Shown piece by piece: positions 1-11,393 of a DNA stretch of 64,000 nucleotides. Location: contig NOWV01000029.1 of assembly GCA_003344405.1 (NCBI GenBank), positions 248,001 to 312,000 of the forward strand, given 5' to 3'. The stretch's first letter is position 1. Each line of letters begins with the position of its first letter. The notes beneath the pieces were generated by a model, which saw only the letters and a program-made list of their open reading frames with translations, did not search any database and was not told the DNA's origin. Origin of the DNA: Trichoplax sp. H2. Its lineage: Eukaryota. A program made the translations under genes and the position numbers.

Positions 1-151
1 GGAAAATTTGAAATGTCTTTGCGGTCGGCAAACTGCAAAACTACATTTAAAGGCATACTGTAGAGGTTTGTAGCCTTCTACTGTATTTAGCGCACGGTAT
101 CGCTCGAGTGTTTTCACACTGGCAAACCCTTCTTTCGACTACGTATGAAGA

Positions 152-3100
152 ATGTCTTGTATTCGTTTTCAAAATGTTTTCCGACGACTTCGGCTAGTTA
201 CTATTGGCATGTTACATGTACCGGCTTTACCAGGTGATTGAATAAAATACTACGTCTACTTCTCCAATTCATTCAGTTTTTCTACAGTGGTAATGCAAAA
301 GCTGGAAATAGGGAATGCGTCGACGCACAGTTTGTAGGTGATCCATAGAGTACCATTCCTACTCTTTAAATGGATTCACTTTTCCTACAGTTCTAATCGA
401 CAAGTTACCAGTAAGGAATAGGTCAGTACTAGTGTAGTCGATGAACATCATAAGATGCCATCACGCCAGATTTAGCTAAATACCCAATGTAGATTAGATC
501 ACCAACTTCCCTTACAAGTCTCTCACGACGGTATGCTGTCCCCTGAGTGAACAGCATTATTATTGTTCTTAGTACGAGATCATCTGTGTACATTGTACTC
601 AGATCATACAGTACATACTGTACAGTGTCCACATAGTACTGTACTGTACGTCTACTTTAATCCAGTTCAAGGTACAGTATCCATTGGAGCTGCATTGCAC
701 AACTGTTTATATAAGTGGATATCATTTTAGACTGTACAGTATAGTAAGGAAACTACAACAAGTAATAGTGTAGTTGAATAGACTAACCTTTTCATTGAAA
801 GGATTGATATTACTATTAAATGCCTCTTCTTACAACTATAACCAACATATATCTTCTCCTATTCAACCAGGTACTCCAGCAAATCGTATGTCGATGCCTG
901 ATATTATTCAAAAGGTTTTACACGAAGCTGAAATATATTCAAAAGCTGGAATTGTACGTCTTAGTCATAACATAAAATCAATCCTAATCTTGTATACGAC
1001 ATCAATGGACGACTCATACTACAGCAAATGCTTCTTACTTGGCCATACTACCATAGCTATTATGCGATACAGTTTGTAGATGCAAAAATCCTTGAACAAC
1101 AGTGTCATTATCATCACCATACTATTACCAACCAATATCGACCCAAATGATCAAATAGTCAGTGTGAACATGCTTTTCAATTCTATATTATATCCTTTAA
1201 AATCGTCAGTCCAATACGTATGCAACACGTCAGTCCAATACGTATGCAACACCGAAAAAGAATGGTATGCTTGTTACACAGTTTGCAATCAATAGCCCTT
1301 CATCGATTACAAATTGCCATTAATATTACTCAATATACTTCAATTACATCGTATTAGTCAATATCATGAATTGCACATACTGTATATATCACCAGCAAGA
1401 GTTAGACAGATGTTCACTATATTTTCCATAAACTGTAAACTAGCTCTATAAAATAATAGCGCTACAACAGTCATTGATATCACCTTTCCACTATATGATA
1501 TTATAGTTTTATAAATGTCTTCTTCATCAATTCTCTGACCTTCAGGATGCCCTGATGGTAGAAAATATGCACGATGTTCCATATATTAAGAAGAACTTAG
1601 GCCCTGAGATTGTTTCTGCAATGTCTATTTTGGGTTACGAAGTGAAGTCAAAAACAAAATTACCCTGTGGCCTACAAATACTCGCTGCTGCCAATAAAGA
1701 AGCTTTAGGTGCTTGTAAAGCTGCTGGCTTAGATTTTGTCCGCGTAGAAGGATATGTTTATTCTCACGTAGCAGATGAAGGCTTTATTGACAGTTGTGCC
1801 GGTGAAATTCTACGTTATCGAAAGAGCATCAATGCTGACGACATTTTAATATTTGCCGACATCAAAAAAAAACATAGGTTAGATAACAAAATAACCTTAA
1901 AAGACAAATTCCTATAGCCATAGCGTACTCGTATCAAAGATTGAAGCGCGTTATACCCTATCCTTAGCTATAAATTATCGAGCATGCACTGCTATAACTC
2001 TATCTATAGCCTTCGGATGAGCGATATTGTACGATAATCTCAACGTTATCTACCTCAAGTGTACGCCATTTTATAAATAACACTAATAACTATACTGTTC
2101 CATTGATACTTTTACCTCAATTTCGTAATATAAACTGAAAGATTATAAATCGTAAATCTACCAATATGAAATGTACTCTACATTATGGAGATAGCAGCTA
2201 CATAAATAGCGACAACTTCGCCAGTTTCCAATGATAAACGATGTTAAATTTCAGCATACTATATAATTCCTAGTATTGATAAGCTCATAGTCATTGCCAA
2301 TGGTTTTGTTTTACACTAAAATTATTTTATATTTACTTAAACTAGTTCTCATGCAATTACTGCGGATGTAGATACCATCGATTCAGCCAAGGCTGCTCAA
2401 TTTTGCCGAAGTGATGGTGTCATAATTACTGGCTCTAGTACAGGTATCTAAAATAACTCCACTTTAACGAACCATATTGAATTCTTGTATTGATATACTC
2501 ATCCATATGACCATTTACACAACCTACGTAATGAAATCTGTATTTAATTAACCCATAAAATATCCCACAAACTAATTATGTTCTACTGAAAGATCTAGTT
2601 ATGACACTGCTCCGTAATGGATGCATACGAGTTTCGTAATGCACTAAAGTTGCACAATCATGTAGACAACTTGAACTTTTGTAACAAAGTTACAAATGAT
2701 GAAATAGTGGAAATTAATATGCGTATTATTTATATTACAGTTTTATACCAGTAATGTAACTGCCACACATGATTTCGTTGGACTGTAGTCTATAGTCAAT
2801 AGCTTGAGAACATTTAGCAACCGAAAAACCGTCCAAACCTTAAATTGTTCTAAAATGGAACTATCCTCAATTTCTGGCCACTTTTATTATTCACTGGTAG
2901 TTTATGCCTTCAAATATTGATAAAGCAGTCATAATAACGCTTAAGTACTTCCGAAACTTACAGTATTTATTGCGCTACATTAATACCTCTACTACTGTGC
3001 GAAATTTTCATATCAATCTTTCAGAGAGTGTAGGAAACTTAATAAGACTTGAGCAGTATTGGATATAGTCAATGTGCACGCTTAAGACGCTCACCCCTAC

Positions 3101-3841
3101 AAATAGTACAGTAGTTGCATACTATTCTTGTGTAGCAGCTTTTCATTAAACTAAAACTACAAACATCCTTACAATATCATGCGGCCCTGATAAATTTAAT
3201 TATTAGATGCAAACTAGCAGGTGAATTATTATTTTCGTTCCAAATCTGTATGGCTGCGTAATCCTCAACCTTAGCAATGAAATTGACGAAATAGTAAATG
3301 ATACTAACGATACATGATATAGTGACAATACATAGTGTTGGATGGATACTAAATAAAGGAACCTTTTACCCATTGCGTGACAATCAATTAATCAGATATA
3401 ATTCAGCACGTAAAGTGTAAAACACCGCAGCCGATAATGATATATATTAATGTGAAAATTATTAAGTACAGTACAGTAATATAGTAATTACCATACATGT
3501 AAGTACTCCCCAATTTTCAATCGAAGTAACTTTCCTTAACTCCATTTATATCATAAAATATACCGTGAAGTACAATATTAGTTTCTATATTACATTTCTC
3601 AGGTGATCCTCCCCTAAAAAGTGAAGTTAATAATGTCATCGATGCTGTAGACATCCCCGTGTTGGTAGGTTCTGGTGTTACGTTGGAAAATATAGATAAC
3701 TACGCGCGTGCTAACGCATTAATTGTAGGATCATACTTTAAGAAGGATGGATATTGGTTTAATGATCTTGAAAAAGTTCGAATCGACAATTTCCTGCGAT
3801 GTGTTCGAAGCATTAGAGAAAATAGTGATTATACACAATAG
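152..3841 (+). CDS. BtpA/SgcQ-family TIM-barrel protein (C. elegans F13E9.13-like), 5 exons, ~277 aa
   Basis: GT-AG exons 152-233, 871-953, 1546-1877, 2346-2443 and 3603-3841 join in frame. Family motifs: IGMLHVPALPG, DALMVENMHDVPY, FVRVEGYV, ADIKKKHSSH, DGVIITGSSTG, PVLVGSGVT, ALIVGSYFK. Confidence 0.9.
1205..1252. repeat. 24-bp tandem duplication in intron 2 of the BtpA-like gene
   Basis: CGTCAGTCCAATACGTATGCAACA occurs twice in tandem. Confidence 0.85.
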
Positions 3842-5037
3842 TAATAACTATTTAAAATAGCACGCTAAATGACTGGATAACAATAATTTATATAAATGAT
3901 GAATTAGGATTTATTTCAATAATCATCAAACACCTTATATATTTTCGCATTAAAATTCCAATTTCATAAGAATTTTATATAATATGCAATTAAATAAAAT
4001 GAGTCAATCGAATGGTCGACATACATTTAACAAAATACACTCTTCAAATGTGGGGCACAATCATATGTTTAATTGTATCTAAAGTACATTCGGTATATAT
4101 GCGGATCGTGCAAGCTTTTGTTCAATTAAATTAAATAGGATAGTAGAAATAATCGAGATAAATCGTATCAGGAACCAGACCATCACATAAACATAAGCAG
4201 ACGGAAGTTATCAATTGAGACAAAACATAATTACACAATAACAAAACAGAACTTTCAATATATATGTATCATATCAGGAAAGTACGGTACAGTATTTCAC
4301 AGTAACATCATATAAACCCATTAAATACTTTAAATGCAATAACAGTATACACATATCTATACTGTACAAATATAATTTATGTTTCAGTGATTGAACAAAC
4401 GGTAGCTTCGCTTCTTTATTATAATCTAAGGAACTATGATCAATCAATGATGCATTAAATTTTTTACATTTTTTTCAACCATCATATATTATAAGATATA
4501 TAGTGGGTACTACAACGGCATAACATTTTCTTTAAATAAATATGCATGTTGAATTTTTGATCGATATTAATTCTACATAAGAGGCAATTCTTTTTCATGT
4601 AAGAATTTACAGTGCTTGCAACTACAGTAACCTTGGGTCTCATGTCGGCTATGAGACATAAAAGTTTACTGTAACAAGTAAAACCAAGTCTTATTTTAAT
4701 ACCCAAATGCACTAAGTGGACATAAATCCATAATAACAATAAATACGTACATTGTCAACTTTACGAGATTTTTTTTATAATTTCGATGATAAAATTATAA
4801 CATGTTACTTATTTTTAGCGGTACTCTTATATCTTCCAATAAGTGTGCACAATTACCCAATTATTGTATCGTCACCAAACAAATCGCATAATCTTTAATC
4901 TGTATAGTTTAAGGTTAACATAGCAATCAGGAAAGGAAAGGGATATATTCACTTGACTACATGCCATATTAAAATAACAATAAAAATGGCTCATAAACAA
5001 GCAAAGAAAACATTGATATTACATGCTAATGTCTACC

Positions 5038-6516
5038 CTAGCGTCTATAAGAGAAGTTGGTAAAGCAATGACGCCTTGACCACGAGTTGCTATATGATCG
5101 TGAATTAGCTTTACTAAATGTTAGTGATCTCTTCACATTTAGGTCCCGTGCTTTTCGTATATAGTTGAATCGGTCAGATTTTTTATTTAATTCACGATCC
5201 ATGTAAAGTTCTATAGATCGGGATCTTGATTGTTCGTGGGTATCTTCATGGGTGTTATTATCACCCGAATTGGCCAAGCTAGCTGCGAAATCGTGATCTA
5301 AATTATTCCTGATACTGGCAGAGCTATCAATTCGTCGATAGATTGACATGCTTGGATGCTCTATGAGCAAGTCTTCAAATGGACTGACGGAAAGCTCTTC
5401 CATTACATGACCATCAAAGCAAGGCGGAGGTGTTAAAAGCCAACCACTCTCTTTTTCCTTGCGATTTTTAACCAGTTGATCTTCATTGCTGACCTCTTCT
5501 AAGTCTATAACAGAAATACGAAATGAACGTTCGTTGTGAGATAGTATCCGCATCTATACTTTAGTTGATGCACATATTTTTGATCGACGTTTATTTCCAT
5601 TTTTGCAACAGTCTACTAATGCATTATCTATTCTGAAATAAAATTGACGTGGCAAGCCAAATACACTGTACCGGCTCGGCACTGATTCTAATTTGCATAG
5701 ACTATGTAGCCATATATTGAATTATGTTGAGTCAGCTGAATGCATTGATTAATTTAAAAATTATTCTTAGCAACTACCGGTTCCAATTATTGGTCAATCA
5801 GAAAGTCACTATTATCAATTTTTAATATTTCAATCGATATAAGACGAATGACTTCCACTATTACAGTCGTTGTTATAATTAATTAATTAATTAATTATAA
5901 TTAATAGAATTATTTTACTTCTGTACTTCTATTACAGCGAAGTTCTTACACGATTCGATACTACAATATACATATCGTCTATCCACTTTGCTGCCTTGAA
6001 AGGAATAAACATTAAATGTACAGAATGTGACCTTGAGACCGTTGAGATTACTGTATTGATCTTCGGTCTTGGTAGTCCATAGTCCTTATGTTGTGCACTG
6101 TGTAGTTTGTTTGTATTTAGTGTAAAGTTACTTTAATAATTGTGTACTCAGTTTACTACTGTGCTGTATCGTATAAACAATTTTATACTATACTGTACTG
6201 TACAGTGTACAGTATGCTGGCCCAGTCATCTATAGTACTGTAATACAGTACACTACAGTACATACTACTGTACCGAACTGTAGTCTATACTGTACCGTAT
6301 TAGCGGCGGCACTGTAATAACAGACTCTTTATTGATTGTGCGCCGTGAAAGAAAACAATGCATTAAAGTAAAATACGTCTTCCTACCTTTGTTCTCCTTT
6401 TTCACAACAAGGATCCAATCATCTTCTTCTGTAAGGCTGACATTTACCCGATGATTGGAAGCATCTTCTGTGCTACTTTGATCCCACAGGTATGATGACA
6501 GACTTTGCCACAACAT
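5038..6516 (-). CDS. TP53INP: TP53INP1/TP53INP2 (DOR)-like autophagy cofactor, 2 coding exons, ~198 aa
   Basis: Exon 6387-6516 encodes the LIR-type motif EEDDWILV. It joins in phase 1 to exon 5038-5504 (acceptor gttatag|ac), which encodes DOR-domain motifs ESGWLLTPPPCF and SPFEDLLIEHPSMSIY and a basic C-terminus. Confidence 0.85.
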
Positions 6517-9500
6517 TTTAATGTGTATGATTGCTCCTAACGATAACATTGAACATTTTATCATTAACTTTATGTACGGTACTGCTTAATGATATTGAAT
6601 TGAATTTACAATGTATATTATTCATCGCAATAGTACTGTACAGTACTGTACACTATCGTCATCAACCACTATCCAAAAACAGTTTTCAGAAACTTCAAAG
6701 AACGGACAGTGCAGCGATAATGATCAGTAACGTTTAGATGATTTACGCTTGAGATTACATAAAATAAATATTCAAAATTATGATGCCAATACAGGCTTAG
6801 ATGCCATGGCAAAACAATTTCAGAAATATTCATTTCACTGAGCATACGCGGTATGAGGAAGAAAAAAAAGTAAAATAAAGACAAAATGTCGTAATATTAC
6901 ATCAGCCAGTCGAATTAGAAGCAATACGATGCTATATAGTAAGTTTGAGTTACTGTACTACTTAGTAAAAGCAAAAAGAGGTTGAAAATGCGTCGAAATA
7001 ACATTTACAAGACAATACACTATCATTAACTACAAAGTAACTGTACATTAAACTATAGTAGTACAGTACGATAACACCCAAACAGAGAAAAAAAAATTGA
7101 AAAAGATTTTAAAAATGAAGATTGCACAATAATCGACAGAATCAGTTCAATTCATTTTAGCAACTTACTGTACTGTACTTTCAAAGTTTAGTTCCAGTAA
7201 TTCTTAGCTTTTAAATCCGTTCAAACGTTATAGTTCAGAACTGTTACGACATAAGTTGTAAATTGTATATTGTACTCCGGCGCAAAACTGCTTCAATCTG
7301 TTCAGTCGCGAATTGAATGACTTCAGTTTTTATTTATTTTTATTTTTATTGGAGATTATTTATTATTACTGTATTAATTTTTTTTTAGACTACGTCAATG
7401 CTACAGTACTTACACTGTATTGCTGCACAGTGTACTGTATGGTACATATCATGCTGTTGGTTATAAAGGTAAGACTCTCTTCTGTACGATAAAGTTAGGT
7501 ATGAGCACTTACAGTACAGTACGTAGTTATCAGTGCGTACAGTACAGTAAAAAGTACTGTGGCCTGAATGAATGAAGTATGCACACTTACGTACAGTACT
7601 GTATGTACAGTACCAGGGAAATAGTCCTGTTTACGACGTTAGCAACGTCATAACGACGTAACGGCCGATGAGCGACGGCGCGGAAAACACTGTACAGTAT
7701 AAGGCTTTGTGTTTTGTATTTTGTTTTGTTTGACTGTTTGACGGTAAATCAATCCAAACTTCATAACGATCATGGCGCAGCCGCAAAACATTATTGTGCA
7801 ATGTTGATTTTGGATTACTAATGGATTACTACTGTAGATGCTTCCATTTAGTAGTCCTAGTGTGTAATTGATATGCAGACGTAGATTATATTCGATTTTC
7901 TTTATTGGAGTGGGGATATAGAACACTAAATCATCACCATGCATTCAGTATTCTGTAATAATGTGTAATCTGTCTGTATCATGGTCATTCATAGACTAGT
8001 CTGTACTGTAGTTCATGTCTGTAAAAAGAATGTCATTGGTTAATATTCGTTATGTACGGATAAAAACAAGAAATTCGGGCATCGACCATTGAATTTTGCT
8101 TTGATGAAGCTATCGGTAAGGTTGATTTTGTCAACGCTAGGATTACACGATCAAAAGAGGAATTCAAGCATTGGCAAATTGATATGGGGCAAACCTAGGC
8201 TCTCCCCAATTCGGTCTTATCCTAGAACATTTGTATATAAATATACTGTACAGTGTACAGTATATTAATATTTGAACCCTACGAATTTGCTACTCTTTAT
8301 TTCTATACTAGTAGATGCTTCGCTTGTTATATTTCGTGCACTCTACTTGTGCTTGGTACTTTACTTTAAGGACATGCAATGTAAAGGGATGATTCGAATG
8401 AGATGATAGTCATTTCTGATATCTTTGTTACTGTTATCAACTGTACAGTCTACGTAGATTTTTGGTTAACGAAATGAATGAAATTGATGAGTGCGCTCGT
8501 ATACTAAAAGTTTTTGTGGCTCGAACTAGACTTGTCAGTTAAATTACACCTATACCTGTTCACGGTACACATGGAGGATTATTCCTAGATATACATCCTT
8601 AGTATTATACAATATACAGTATGTTATGAATACGTATATCTCCATCGAGCGCTGTTCACTTTTGAGAACTATTCACTATCTACAGTATACAGTACGCTGT
8701 ACTATCCGAGTGTGTTACTCGAAGCGGTACTATTTAGGATCGTGCTATGAACAGTTTTATGAAAAAAATCCGCTATGAAGTCCCCACTGAAACTACACGA
8801 AGAATAACGAGCTTGGGATTGAATATTATAATTGCAACTGAGCGTCAAATACAGTATACGCTATAGACGTTATCTTCATGTTTATAACACGTGGCAACTT
8901 GCGGAACGTTTCTTGACTTTCCTTATGATCAAGTACCGTACGTTTTGAAAATGAATGAAATTTAATTGAATTTATTGAACTGTAACCTAAGCAGTAAAAC
9001 ATCTACGTTCATACTTTTAATCGGTACAATAGTTCAACATTTGATTCGATTGGTGAAGGCTTTGTTGAGAGCTTCATTCAATTAGTTTATTGAATTGTAG
9101 GATTGGATTGCCTAGTTCGAATTAATTTCTTCTTACTCAAGGTTGCCTTATTGTCGGATGTTGTGGTTAGGGGTCAAAAGCAAACGTTTTCACAAATACA
9201 CAGCACGGTAAAGTAGTGTTGTGTATCCCCACTCCGATTAGTCTTAACTTAATCTAGGACTGCTGGATATACCATCTAGTCGTCCATGAGTCTATTGATG
9301 GTGTCTATGTTATATATCAATATACTATATGCCATAACATGAATTTGAACGGTGTAATTTGTGTCATACAGGATACTGTACATTGTACAGTAGATAGAGC
9401 CATTGCGAAAATTAAATTAAAATAGGACAGTATATTGTAGAGTAGAGTATTCCGTGGAATTAAATCAAAAGAAAGAAAAATATGGTCACGGTACTGTATG

Positions 9501-11393
9501 ATATCACCGTGCTTTTGACGGGGTCGCTTTTTCTTTTATCTCGTATTGCTTTTGACCTTGTGCATTTCCCGTAAGTCATGACTCATGAGTCTGCTAACTG
9601 TGCACAGTAGAGTAGAGTGTGTACTAGCACTAGCCTCTGATTGCACTCATCCGCTTGCCAGTTGCCACTCTTGTCCTGAACTCACCAGTTGGTAAAGTCC
9701 AAGTCATTTATACAGTATTTTCAATCCTGATTGGGACCTATTAAAAGTATCAATTGTACCGTACCGTATTTATTTTTTTTTTGGGAAAAGGTCGTCGTCT
9801 CATGATGACCTTATAAGCAGGGACTTTTTCTTATGCAAGGTCAAGTGAGTGTAAACGATCGTTTTTACTTTTTCCTCTCTCTCTCTCTCACTGCATGGCA
9901 TTAGACTTTGTCCAGCAAGTGTGGGAATTCAGAAACAGTACTGAACAAGTATTTACTTCGAGATGCAGAAATCCTTCCAATTTAAAGGCTAGCAATGAAG
10001 CGATGGCGTTATACGAGCGTACAGTAGCCCTGATCATTTTGCATAAATTACTTAAAATGATCAGGGCTAGCGTACTGTATACTGTACTACATGTAAATGT
10101 GCAACCTAGTACGGACAGACTAAGTAGTACTATGCACGATGAGCATGGTACTACGGAGTCGATCGGTACTAGGTACAGACTGTACTGTGTTTTTACAGTA
10201 CAAATGTTGAAAACTTTGATTTTACAATGCAGTAGCAACAATCAGGAAAATAATAAAATAAAATTAATTAATTAATATCTATGAATAGCATTGACGCTTG
10301 CTAAACCTTAACTGAGATACTGGGCAAATGGATTTCGCCTCTCCTTAATGAATTCTTTTCAAAGTGTGTCAAGTGGATTTTTCACTTGCTGTATCGTTCA
10401 ATTGGAATGTTTGTGCGTGTGTCCGTCGTTCAAGCAACAACGGAATGGATAGCACCTTTTGGTGAATAATACTGGTGCATATCTATTTTCATCATGATGA
10501 ATTATGAAATTTTAATTTTTTCTTTGAATTGATTTGGACAATGATTGAGTAAACGGCACGTCTTCAGCAGTGGATGTCCGGAGTTCTTTTGGGGAGGGCG
10601 TTAACGCTGATAGTGTGCTATAGTATTATGTATCATTATACTCTAGTTTATTGTGTGGTATATCGTCAGTGAATTGACATGATGTACAGTACAGTAATGG
10701 ATGGGCACAGTGGTTAGTACAGTATGCGTTGGTCGCGATTATTACTCTTGGACTACATGCATACAGTAGTATAGTACTGTACTGTATGTTAAGTGTGATA
10801 TCACTGTACTGGCAGTCTACAGTGAAAAACGCTTGTCCGGTGCTTGACCTACAGTACTGTACACTGTACACTACAAGTCTACAGTGGGGATCAACTGGTG
10901 ACTGGCTGTCGCTGAATCTCTGACTGACAGTGGATGTCATTGTCGAGTGCTGAGCGGCAGTCACTCCATCAATACAATACAGTCAATTCAATCGACATTG
11001 TCTTTCTATTTATTTATTATGCGTAATTGTATTCAATGAATGTTGAAGGAGAAAACGTCACGTAGCTTATTTTCATAGTAATCGTGCTAAAATCATGCTA
11101 AAATTGTTTTTCACCATTTTTCAGGGGTCACAATCTGCAGATATTGGGGTCAATCCAAATGCAAATACGCTTGCGTAACTAGTACCAATGAAAGGTGAAA
11201 CAAAGGTATGCAAACTAGCAAAAAATAAAAACCACTTGGAAGCATACTGTAGTGCTGCTGACTGCCAAATGATATAGAGAGCAAGTGAGCGGCAGGGGCA
11301 AGAGGCAAAAAAATTCATTAGACAACCATCGTCGCTGTCATCATTTTCCATCATACTGCCGTTTTATCGTGCGATCATCAACCACCTTTGAAA

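Noticed and set aside
5505..5632. Extra TP53INP exon or ATG start at 5553
   Set aside because: There is an in-frame stop just upstream and the phases are incompatible. Direct splicing from 6387 to 5504 gives a clean frame that includes the LIR.
6517..9500. p53 response element upstream of the TP53INP-like gene
   Set aside because: Only isolated mismatched half-sites (e.g. ~8370, ~8523) were found, with no paired RRRCWWGYYY.
9802..9890. C/D snoRNA candidate starting ATGATGA
   Set aside because: There is no suitably placed CTGA D box or terminal stem.
9888..10964. Overlapping sense/antisense ORFs of 64-126 aa
   Set aside because: They are composed largely of translated CAGTA/CTGTA tracts (Y, S, T, V, L, C) and have no recognisable domain.
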